Source: a virus (taxonomy: Duplodnaviria; Caudoviricetes). From it: 34,223 nt of DNA. Both the position numbers and the translations under genes were made by a program. Below, one piece after another: positions 8,381 to 17,900 of the stretch. Where the stretch lies: positions 1 to 34,223 of IMG/VR virus record IMGVR_UViG_3300048599_000866; one strand, written 5' to 3'. Below the pieces are notes generated by a model, which was given only the letters and a program-made list of their open reading frames with translations, made no database searches and was not told where the DNA came from. Numbering within the stretch: position 1 is the stretch's first letter; each line of letters begins with the position of its first letter.

Positions 8381-11300
8381 TTAAACCCAGTACGGCTGAT
8401 ACGCCGTTGCACCGTTCACGAAGACCTTGATCCAGCCTGCCGCCTGGGCCGTGACGGCTGGACAGTTGGTCATGGTGGCCGCTTTTGACCCCGTAGTGGT
8501 GGGAAGGTTCACAGAGTACCCGGTGGAATTGATGGCAATCCAAACCGAGTTATCAGCCGATGACAATCTGGCGAAGCCGTTTCCGCATAGCAGCTTGGGA
8601 CCCGACGGCGTGCCTGCGGCATACACGTAGCTACCATCCACGGTGATCAGGGGGCCGGTTCCACTGCTGTATTTCAAGGTGAGGCCGTTCGAGACGATCG
8701 AGGAGATGGTTGTGACCACCCCGGAAGGGGCCACGACATAAGTGGACGCATCGGTGATGGCGCCCGACTTCAGTCCCAAAGCGTCGCGGAACTTCGACGG
8801 ATTGTTGATTGTGAAGTTGTTGCCGTACAGCGTCATTCCGTTGGCGGCGCTGACAGTGATCCCGGATATGGGAACGACTCCGTTGTCTGACCACAGGGAG
8901 GCCGTGGAGCCACTCACTCCGATCAGGCCTATGCCGTGATTAAATCCCCCACCCCAGGTGGTTGCCAAGAAACCGGAGTAGCTGCCATCGGACAGGCCCA
9001 TGGCCACGTTGTCGTTGGTGGTGATGGTCACCGCCGAAAGCGAATTGGCGTACATCGTGATGGCGGCAGGAGACACCGTAATCCGGGCTCCGGTGGAAGC
9101 TCCAATCTGCATCTGACCGGCCGCCAGGGTCATGGCGAATACGCCATTTTGGATCGAGACACCGCCCGGACCAACCTGTAGTTGGTTCACGCCGTTCTTC
9201 ATGATGATCCCGGCTGGCTGGACCTGTAAGACGTTCCCGCCGGCCCCGTCGTCCACCTGAATCAGACCGGCTTGGAAGACCAGCCGCGGCCCGCCCGTAG
9301 CGGTTTGAAAGACCGCCGGGGAGTTGTAGAAGTTAGCCGTCCCTGGAGCCAGCGAGGCCAGCGGAGCGATGTTCAGCTTGACCTGTGATCCCGACAGGAC
9401 CAGGGTGTAGCCGTCTACCGAGGTGATGGCCGGGGTCAGCTTCCCGCCGATCACCGACATGCCATTGAAGGTGCTGGGATCAACCTGTGCCAGGTTGAGT
9501 CCGGCGCCCTTGGGGATTATGACCTTGGCGACGTTTGTCGTGTCGTTCAGAGCCGGTTCCCGGATCGAGTTGTTCTGCTCGTAAGGAACCATGCGCCAAC
9601 GCAGGTACAGCGTGATGTTGGCCATCGGGTTCCAGCTCTCGAACATGGGGAAGTCGGTCAGAGCATCGGAGGTGGTGCCTGTTTCACCAGCCGTCTCCCA
9701 GATCTGGCCGTTCAGCGGGATGTTGGTTGTCCAGTTGGACTGCCAGTCGGAGCCTTGCAGCAGCACTCCCGTCCGGAACTGATCTTCCGGCCAGGACTGG
9801 GTGGCGTACACCCTGTAGGACTGTTTGCCCTGCTCGCTGTCGCCGACGTTCTTGGTGGTGTCCGAGATTCGAGTCAGGACGCCGGTCGAGTTGTTGGCCG
9901 AGAAGATGCCACCACCCTGCGCCAGCGTCCCCTCGATCTCTACCTTCACCGCGGTGGGTCCGGCAGGAGCCTTCAAAACCGACAGCGGAGGAAGTATGTC
10001 CGCATTGAGCACCAGCGGGGTGCCTGCGACCATCTCAGGGTTGTAGGGCGTGAGGATGATGTCGCAGTAATCCCGGTGATTGGGATAGGACCACCAACCA
10101 GCCGTCAACGGCATGGTTGGTTGGCCGGGCAACCGGGCAAACAGCCCCCGGGGGCCGGACAGGATGGTGTGGGCCTCGTCGGAGTAGTGCTGGAACTCCA
10201 GCCACAACTCACGCCGGTTGGGATCGTCCGGCAGCGTGCCGGAGATCTGGTACTGGAACGAGACTCCGGCGTTGTGTTGTCCCGCCGTATCCGACACGAG
10301 CGTGACTGTCAGCCCGCTGGGGGTCACCGGAGTGACGGACGAGCCGGTGGTGCTCAGAACAACTGTGACGGTGGGCGGCGCGACTGTATTCCAGTCGCCC
10401 TGCGAGTTCACCGACAAGGCCTCGATGGTCAATGTGGTGTTGGCCAGCAGGGGCAGAGCGTCGGTCTTGAACGTGGTCCCTGTGAAGGGGCCGGCTGGGA
10501 CATCGTTGATCAGGATTCCTTCAGCCACCCAGGCCGCATCGGTCGATGCGGTCCAGCTCCCCGTTAGCCAATAAACGAGTCCGCCGGAGGCGTCCCGGCT
10601 GTAGTGGACTGGATCCACTCTAAAGCCGGTGACTTGCGAGGCCGGGCCGGTTGCCGTGGCTGTGGGTTGAGCGATCGCGGGCATCGGCGACGGCCCGACA
10701 TCCGCAGGATTCGGGCCCTGCAGCATGTCGTAGATTGCGTCGGTGCAACTCTTGCCTGTGATGTCCACGGAGAAGTCTTTGTTGAGCCTCCAGCCGCGGA
10801 CCCGGAACTCATGCGTGGAGTTATCAGGCTCGTTGATCGGAGCATCCGGGTGCTGAATCGAGCAGACCATGCCGGGGCCGGTTTCGAGCGCCAGGATGGT
10901 CGTCTTCAGCCCGATGTCGCGGGCCTTCAGCCACTCGTCGGTGGTAGCTCCGCCCAGCTCTTCTTTGAGACGTGTCGCCACCCACACCGCGGCTTCGTCG
11001 CGGCCGGAACAGCCGACCAGCTTCTGATCGCCCTTGAGATACTTGGGTTCGCCAGGAGTTCCAAGCAGGGCGGCGTGATCGGACGCGGACAGAGTGATGG
11101 AGTCGTTGACCCCGTCGAGTTCGAGATTGCCGAACGTGGCGGTCAGCTGGTTGAAGGAGTAAGTGATCGGATCGAGCGTCAGCGAGTCGGCAATGATGTT
11201 GCCTTCCGTGAAGCTCGACACCGATCCGGAGTTCTCCCGGATGTAGGTCTTGAACTTGCCGAACTCGAACGTGTAGCCGCCCAGGCAGCCGGACATGATC

Positions 11301-13159
11301 TCGCTCAGCCAGTCCTTGAGGGGCTTCTCATCCTGAATGATGCCGCGGAACTGCCAGCGTTTGCGTGTGGTGGGCGGGGTGTAAATCGCCCCCGACGTGC
11401 CCGTGCTGGGGTTGTACATCGGGGCCGGGGCGCCGGCCTGGATGATGCGGTTGATGTTGGCCTCGCACCAGGCGGCGTCGGCAATCGCCTGATCCACGTC
11501 GAAGTACTTCTCCTGGACTGCGGCCGGGGAATACAGCACGCCGCGGGCGCGCAGGATCAGGTTGACGGCCACCCAGACGTGGTTGCACAAGTTGCCGAAC
11601 GACCTGACGCCGGGAGCACTCCAGGTGTATCCGCAGATGCCCTTGTTGACGTAGACCATCATCTGCTGCTGGGAGGTTTGGAGAACCTTCTTGCCAGCAG
11701 AGTCACGTGTCCGGATCTCGACAAAGGCCGTGCCTGCGGCGCGGCCGTCCTTGGCATAAGTTGTGCCGCTCTCGGATAAGTTGAAGAACTGCTCGAAGCC
11801 GTCGCTCGACCGATCATTGGCGGGAATCGGATCTTGTCCGTAGCCCAGACGCAACCCGTCCAACGGATTGGATGTTCCCACGCCGTGGTGCAGGGCGCCG
11901 TTGAGCGTGTGGCCGTAGCCGAACTCGGCAACCGGTCCCTCGGAGAACACACCCATGCCGGTCAGAAACTCATTCTCATCCCTGATGGCGGAGATCATCG
12001 CCGAGACTGGCAGGGACGACCGCACCCACTGGGTGATGCCGTCGATCACCTTCTGGCCAAACATGTCCTGCATGAAGACTAGTGGCAGAACCTTGCCGTA
12101 GAGGTTGTCGTCCACGATCGAGGATGACGTGAAACTGTTGTCTTTCTGGGCGCGGTTGTAGCCGCCCAGATAAACGGTTTCCGGGCTGGCGTTAATTCCG
12201 CCGAAGCTCGACTTGGCCTGGCAGGTTCCCCAGGACCGGCTGCAGCTTCCGGTGAATGGGCAGTTGGAGGTGTTGGGCGTCTTCCAGCAACTCCTGGAGA
12301 TCTTGCGGAAAGGCGTCTCCCGCAACTGCCAGAAGCCATCCGAGGCCTGGAGCGTGACTACGTCCGAAGCGAGTCCGGTACATTTGGAAAGGTCGCCGGC
12401 CCACAGATTGATCAGGTAGCGGGTGGCCGTGTGGTACAGGCTGAACTCGACTCTCGCATTGGTCGTGAAGTACTGGTTCACGATCTGGGTGAAGACACGG
12501 TCGACGTTTCCCAGCTTGAAGCTGGCGACATCGGAACTGCCGTCGGTCGATTGGCCGATCCCCGACCAGTCCATCAGCCGGGGCTGATAAACGGTTCCGT
12601 CGAGAGTGACCATGCGATCGCTGACGGCGATCGCTGCACAGGTGTGGGGAATGATCCTCACCAGCGGGATCAGTTCCTGGACCTGTTCGAGCAGTGCATC
12701 CTGCAACAGGGAGTTGGGGAAGCGGATCAGCGTCTTGGCCGACGTGTAGACGGGAAATGTCACCGGCACTTCGGCCAGGCTCAGCGAGAGCCCGTTCAGG
12801 ATGCAGTCGCGGACCAGGTCGAGGTTGAGAGACTGGTCGGACAGCCGGACACGGGTCTGCACGCTCCCGCCGGAGGGCAGGGGTTCGGTCAACAGGAACG
12901 TGTTGTAAGCCCCGCCCAACTGATCGAAGAAGCTGATCAGCGACTGGTAGCGGGACTTAGGCAGCAGGCCGAAGTTGATGGTGAAGCGGCGGGTGTTTGC
13001 TCCCAGCAGAAAGCGTTGGGTGATCTTCCGCTCGCCGGACTGGAATACGTGCGTGGCTACTTCAGGCTTGGTGGTCTGGACCAGCGGGTACTCGAGCTTC
13101 AGCGGCCACACCAGATTGGTGTCGGCGGTCGGGATCGGAATGGGACCAAGGTTTGCCAT
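8381..13159 (-). CDS. Fused tail-tip/central fibre protein (gpM/gpL/gpJ-like modules, 1592 aa)
   Basis: Position after tape measure and distal tail genes, Cys cluster (SCWK...NCPFTGSCSRSWGTC) as in gpL-type proteins, hub-like centre, beta-rich C-terminal part. Confidence 0.75.
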   Translation of the reverse strand: MANLGPIPIPTADTNLVWPLKLEYPLVQTTKPEVATHVFQSGERKITQRFLLGANTRRFTINFGLLPKSRYQSLISFFDQLGGAYNTFLLTEPLPSGGSVQTRVRLSDQSLNLDLVRDCILNGLSLSLAEVPVTFPVYTSAKTLIRFPNSLLQDALLEQVQELIPLVRIIPHTCAAIAVSDRMVTLDGTVYQPRLMDWSGIGQSTDGSSDVASFKLGNVDRVFTQIVNQYFTTNARVEFSLYHTATRYLINLWAGDLSKCTGLASDVVTLQASDGFWQLRETPFRKISRSCWKTPNTSNCPFTGSCSRSWGTCQAKSSFGGINASPETVYLGGYNRAQKDNSFTSSSIVDDNLYGKVLPLVFMQDMFGQKVIDGITQWVRSSLPVSAMISAIRDENEFLTGMGVFSEGPVAEFGYGHTLNGALHHGVGTSNPLDGLRLGYGQDPIPANDRSSDGFEQFFNLSESGTTYAKDGRAAGTAFVEIRTRDSAGKKVLQTSQQQMMVYVNKGICGYTWSAPGVRSFGNLCNHVWVAVNLILRARGVLYSPAAVQEKYFDVDQAIADAAWCEANINRIIQAGAPAPMYNPSTGTSGAIYTPPTTRKRWQFRGIIQDEKPLKDWLSEIMSGCLGGYTFEFGKFKTYIRENSGSVSSFTEGNIIADSLTLDPITYSFNQLTATFGNLELDGVNDSITLSASDHAALLGTPGEPKYLKGDQKLVGCSGRDEAAVWVATRLKEELGGATTDEWLKARDIGLKTTILALETGPGMVCSIQHPDAPINEPDNSTHEFRVRGWRLNKDFSVDITGKSCTDAIYDMLQGPNPADVGPSPMPAIAQPTATATGPASQVTGFRVDPVHYSRDASGGLVYWLTGSWTASTDAAWVAEGILINDVPAGPFTGTTFKTDALPLLANTTLTIEALSVNSQGDWNTVAPPTVTVVLSTTGSSVTPVTPSGLTVTLVSDTAGQHNAGVSFQYQISGTLPDDPNRRELWLEFQHYSDEAHTILSGPRGLFARLPGQPTMPLTAGWWSYPNHRDYCDIILTPYNPEMVAGTPLVLNADILPPLSVLKAPAGPTAVKVEIEGTLAQGGGIFSANNSTGVLTRISDTTKNVGDSEQGKQSYRVYATQSWPEDQFRTGVLLQGSDWQSNWTTNIPLNGQIWETAGETGTTSDALTDFPMFESWNPMANITLYLRWRMVPYEQNNSIREPALNDTTNVAKVIIPKGAGLNLAQVDPSTFNGMSVIGGKLTPAITSVDGYTLVLSGSQVKLNIAPLASLAPGTANFYNSPAVFQTATGGPRLVFQAGLIQVDDGAGGNVLQVQPAGIIMKNGVNQLQVGPGGVSIQNGVFAMTLAAGQMQIGASTGARITVSPAAITMYANSLSAVTITTNDNVAMGLSDGSYSGFLATTWGGGFNHGIGLIGVSGSTASLWSDNGVVPISGITVSAANGMTLYGNNFTINNPSKFRDALGLKSGAITDASTYVVAPSGVVTTISSIVSNGLTLKYSSGTGPLITVDGSYVYAAGTPSGPKLLCGNGFARLSSADNSVWIAINSTGYSVNLPTTTGSKAATMTNCPAVTAQAAGWIKVFVNGATAYQPYWV

Positions 13160-13162
13160 GAA

Positions 13163-13525
13163 TTAGACCACTTCCTGCAACTCGGCTGAAACGAAGAAGT
13201 AACCGGGGTTCCACACTTCCTGGAAGGTGCCGGTAAACGTGGCCCGGCAGGCCATGTCGTTGATGCGATCGATGAAGTTGAAAGGCTGAATGAGGTGGGC
13301 CTTGTAGAAGGCCCGCATTGTTTCGAGTTCGGCAGCAGTGAGGCGGTGGGAGACTCTCCACCGCCGCTTGCTGACACCGGCTTTGAGGGACCGCTGGGAG
13401 GAGCCGTCGTTGTACTCGGCCGCGGCTCCATCCCGTGCGTATGGCATCGCGTAGGTCGCGAACTTCGTGAACGGGTAATTGTCGAGCGATCCGCTTTCGG
13501 GAGCGACTTTGACTGATCCAGGCAT
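13163..13525 (-). CDS. Distal tail protein (lambda gpM-like)
   Basis: 120 aa, YNDGSSQR...RRW...FY...PFNF...LQEV pattern, expected synteny. Confidence 0.7.
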   Translation of the reverse strand: MPGSVKVAPESGSLDNYPFTKFATYAMPYARDGAAAEYNDGSSQRSLKAGVSKRRWRVSHRLTAAELETMRAFYKAHLIQPFNFIDRINDMACRATFTGTFQEVWNPGYFFVSAELQEVV

Positions 13526-13591
13526 GTGGGTTCCTTAGGACGTTGTTCCCGGACTTCTAGGCAGATGGAATGTCAGATGGGTGTCACTACT

Positions 13592-13747
13592 CGCGGATCC
13601 GGTGCGTGAACGAGCCGGGATTGGTCCGGCGTCTCCGGGTCAACGCTAATGTCGTAAGCATTGCTTGGCGGTCGTTCCCCCGAAGGGATGGCGCTTCGGC
13701 GTTCAGCGAGTGGACTAGATCGGCCGCTTTTCAGCGGCCTCTCCGCG
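13592..13747 (+). ncRNA. Candidate structured intergenic RNA
   Basis: Closing stem CGCGGA/TCCGCG enclosing about six hairpins, several needing G-U pairs on the + strand, and one cUUCGg loop. Confidence 0.4.
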
Positions 13748-13840
13748 TTCGCCGAATGTGCGTGCATTCTAGGAATGCGTTCGGTTGGGGTTTGGGAAAC
13801 GTACCTCACCGGTAGGTCGTTCTGTGGCTACAATCTACTT

Positions 13841-14770
13841 ATGGTTGGATCTTCGGACCGTGAGTTTATTTTGTATCTAGTGTGCGGGTTGATACTCTGG
13901 GGACTTTTCCGTATCTACTCGGAGGCATGGTCCAGTCAAAAATCGTCTAGTCATACCTACGTGTGTCAACATGGCATTCCTCATGGTTCGCAAGGCGGAT
14001 GCCAAGCCTGTTTGGCTGAAGCAAATCGGATCTGCAAGGAGCGGGCTCACCTCCAGGCAATCTCTGACAGCGCCAAGCGATTGCGCGAAACAGAGAGAGA
14101 ACGGTTATCAAGGGCTTGGCTCAGCAACACGCAGGCCTACCTTCAAATGTCCCCACGGCAGTTTGAAAATGCAATTGCAGAGCTCTTTAGAAAGTTTGGC
14201 TATGAAGTTAAGCAGACACCATTTTCAAATGACGGCGGGAAAGACGCTATTGCTATAAAGGATGGGAAAAAGTATTTGATTGAATGTAAGAGATATGCAG
14301 CAGATAACAGCGTCGGCCGAAGAGATATACAGATATTTGTTGCTGCTATCCAGGAGGAGAAAGCGAATGGAGGATACTACGTGAATACTGGAGTTTTCAC
14401 CCAACCTGCCATCGCGTATGCAAAAAAGAATAATATACTTCTATATGATCGTCAGTTGCTAGCATCCCTGATCAATCAGGCCTACCCCGTCTCCTTTGAT
14501 GCTGGTCACACAAATGTGATGTGCCTTGAGTGTGGGGCTGTGACCTCAATGCCTCTGCTGGATCACCCTGTGACGGGAACCTGCAGCAATGGTCATTCGA
14601 TAACAAGCGGACTCGTGAAGGCAGATCTGAGGGTGCTTTCCTCCTGTGATATCCCATATTGCGAGCGGTGTGGCGCTCCCATGACGATAGTGGCACTACG
14701 AGGGCGCCGGTTTTGGGGATGCTCCAGATATCCCGCATGTAAGGCGAGCAAGTCTATGTCCCATGGCTAA
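13841..14770 (+). CDS. Mrr-family restriction endonuclease with N-terminal TM helix and C-terminal topoisomerase-type C4 zinc finger (moron)
   Basis: FENAIAELFRKFGY...DGGKD...IECKRY and CERCGAPM...FWGCSRYPAC. Opposite strand and AT-richer. Start revised to ATG 13841. Confidence 0.85.
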   Translation: MVGSSDREFILYLVCGLILWGLFRIYSEAWSSQKSSSHTYVCQHGIPHGSQGGCQACLAEANRICKERAHLQAISDSAKRLRETERERLSRAWLSNTQAYLQMSPRQFENAIAELFRKFGYEVKQTPFSNDGGKDAIAIKDGKKYLIECKRYAADNSVGRRDIQIFVAAIQEEKANGGYYVNTGVFTQPAIAYAKKNNILLYDRQLLASLINQAYPVSFDAGHTNVMCLECGAVTSMPLLDHPVTGTCSNGHSITSGLVKADLRVLSSCDIPYCERCGAPMTIVALRGRRFWGCSRYPACKASKSMSHG

Positions 14771-14905
14771 TTGACTCATTAAAGTGTTGTGACGCCAACA
14801 TTATTTTGACTCGGCTTCTCAAACGAGCTGGATCATCCTATCTTAGGCGCCTTATGCTCCGCATCCTGCACCGAGCCAGCTGAGCGAGTCCGTGACAAGT
14901 CATAC

Positions 14906-17900
14906 TTACGGTTTGATCGAAGTGGGGTTGCCGACGGCCCCGATGGCGGCCGTCCCGTAGTTCTGGCTCAGCGCATCTGCGTTGGAGGCAGCCACCATCC
15001 GGGGGTTGTTCTGAATCACGTTGGCGGCCTGTCCGGTGAGGACATTCGTGGTCGCCTCGGCGTCCAGTTGCAATGTGATGTTGCTGGAGGCGCCGATGCT
15101 CAAGCTGCCGATGTCGCTGAAGCCCACACCAGGCAGGCTGGACAGTGGAGTGTTGATCAAGCCGTTGGTGTAGCTCGCCTGTTCGTAGACTGATCCTCCC
15201 GAGAGGTTCATGTTGAACTGGGCGACGTTGAAGGGATTGCGGAACTGCTGCTTGGTCTGGCTGGCATAGCTTTCGACCATGTCCATGCCGGCCTTGCTCT
15301 TCACAAAGCTCACGATGTCCCCGCCGGTGGCCTGTTTGCAGGCTGCGACCATGCTTGACAGGAAGCTCTTGTCGTCGATGGTGACGCCCGTCAGTTGCTT
15401 GACGTGCTTCTTCATCTGCTCTTCCTGAGATCCTGCTCCGAAGGCCCAGTGAAGACCACCGACAAGGGCGCCAACACCAGCTCCGACGGCTGCGCCCCAA
15501 GGACCACCGAACTTATATCCGATGGCCGCTCCGCCTCCGGTCATCTCGAGCATGCCCTTGCCACCGCCACGCTTCCAGCCGTCCATGGCCAGCATGGAGC
15601 CACCCATCATGAGAGCGGTGCCAGCCAGTCCGCCGACTCCGCCGGAGAACATTCCTCCGTCGGCCTCGCCGGATCCCTCGCCATCCTTTTCAGGACTGCC
15701 GGGAATGCCGAAGCCCTCCAACCCGTCCCCTTCTCCGGATCCGACCTGGCCAGCAGCATGGCCGCCGGATTTACCGAACAGGCCGTGCCACCCGCCTTTG
15801 AGGAGCTTGGAGAGTCCTGCCAGTTGGCTGAACTGTCCCAGCATCCCTCCACCGCCATTGCCGGCCGCGCCGTAAGGCGAGCCAGCAGCGGCAGGCATGA
15901 ACGGAGGGGTTGTTCCGGGCATAGCGAAGGCAGCCATCGACATGGCCCCAGCCGGGGCGTCGATGAAGCGGTTGTACTGTGCGCCCGGGTCTTCCGGATC
16001 GTATGCGCCCACGTCCACCCCGCTGTCGTTTCCAACAAAAGGCGGAGTCGTGGCCGGAATCGACTGGGCTCTGGGCGCGGAGGTCATGCGTTCCCACCAA
16101 CTCCGGACCGTGCCCATCGTTCCGCCGGATGTCGCCGCCCCGGCAGACTGCGGGGTGAAGATCGCGGTCAACTGTTTGGCGATGGAACTGGTCACGATCT
16201 CTTTCATGACCGTGAGGAAGGCATTCTTGAGTGAGTTGGCCATAGCCTGCCAGACGCTCTCGCTCTTGACGAGCAGAGCGTCGAACACGCCGTATGAAGC
16301 CTGCTTGAAAGAATCGAACTGCTTCTGGATCCCTGCCTGCACGATCTCGGTCTGGTTGTTGATGGCAGCGGTCCGGGCAGCTTGGGAGGAGTCCAGGAAG
16401 ACATCCTGAATCGCCGCGGCCTGCCGGGCCGCGATCTGCTGCACCACGGAGATGCGTTGGGTGATGTCCGTCTTTTCCTGATCCGTGCTGGCGATTGCCC
16501 GCTGTTGTTCGAGCAGCGCCACTTGCCCTTCGGTTTGGATCCGGATGGCTTCGATCTGGGCGACGGAGGACTTTTGCAGGTACTCCTGCTCAATGGCGAA
16601 ACGCTTCTGTTCGACTTCTAACTTGCCGGCGATCGACCGTGCGTCGATCGTCCGCAGGCTCTCCAACTGCATGTTGCGGGACAACTCGATGCTGCGCCTA
16701 GTCGACTCATCGTAGTGCCTCACCAGCGAGTCCACGTCGAGGCTCTCGGTCTGTGCCGTGTAGGACAGGTGCGTGGAGAACTGCGTGTTGGCATCCTTGG
16801 CAGCCTTGTCCCATTCAGCCTCAAATCCCTCGGCTAACTTCCCGATATCCTTCCGGGATTCACTACGGATCTTGGCCGCGAGCTCTGCATTGACCAGGTC
16901 CGTCGTCTCTTTGGTGAGTTGATGTTTCCGGCTCAGCTTCGCCAGTTCGTTGTCGCGTTCAGCGTTCAGTTTCTTGTAGCCGGTCAGTTCCTCGGCCTGA
17001 GCCTTGGCGACGGCCTGCCGAAGTGATTCGACGGTCTTCCTGTACTCCTCCGCGGATTTCTTGGCAATTTCGGCGGCTCTCTGCTGGTCGGAGGTGGCCT
17101 TCTGGTCGTCCTGGGCTTTCTTCCGGGCGGCTGCGTTGCCGGCGAGGTCTTTCTCTTCCTTGGCTTTGCGGTCGGCGGCTTCCTTGGCGCGGCGGCCTGG
17201 CCCGGTCAAGTCATCGTAGACGATGGATGTGGCTGCCACTGTGGCCCCGACGCCGGCACCGATCAAGGCGCCGGGAACAGCCGTTGGTCCGGCTACAGCG
17301 CCGATTCCCGCACCGATGGCCGCGCCGGTGGCCGCTCCACCGGCGAGCGTGACACCCTTGGCCACCATAGGGTGCTTGGCGATGGAATCCAGAACCCAGC
17401 TGGCCGTGGTGACCAGGAGTCCGAGGGCGGGGACCAATTTGTCCCCGATGGCATTCTTGGCATCGTCGAACAGGCGAGGCAGGGACGACATCTGCTTGCC
17501 GACGTCACCCATGGCCGCTTCATACATCCCGGCGGTCTTGCTGTGTTCCTGGAGGACGGTGGTGAGACGGGCCGTCATCCGCTCCTCTTCCGTGAGAGCG
17601 GAGGTCGCTTCGTGATGAGCCTTGGCGTACTGCTGATACGACCGTTCGAAGTTCACGTTGATGCCCAGCGTTCGGAGATTCTCCGTCTCGCCGGTCTGGA
17701 CGCCACGGACGATGTTCGCGGTGACATCCGAGGAAGTCATGCCCGGAACTGAGATGGCCAGGTTGCGGCCCATGTCAGCGATGGTCCTGGCGTTTTGGAG
17801 AGGAATTCCGGCCTGGATCATGCGGGACACCGACATCCCGGCTTCCTGCGTGCCGATGTTCAGTTTCCGCATCGCCTGTTCGGCTTCTTTGGCCGACTTG

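Noticed and set aside
9755-13189. Long plus-strand ORFs (9755..10567, 10604..11779, 12431..13189) and similar ones elsewhere
   Set aside because: Antisense shadows of high-GC genes with no motifs.
13707-13722. GATCTAGTCC on the minus strand as a group I intron S element
   Set aside because: No matching P7 partner or other core elements, and no interrupted gene.
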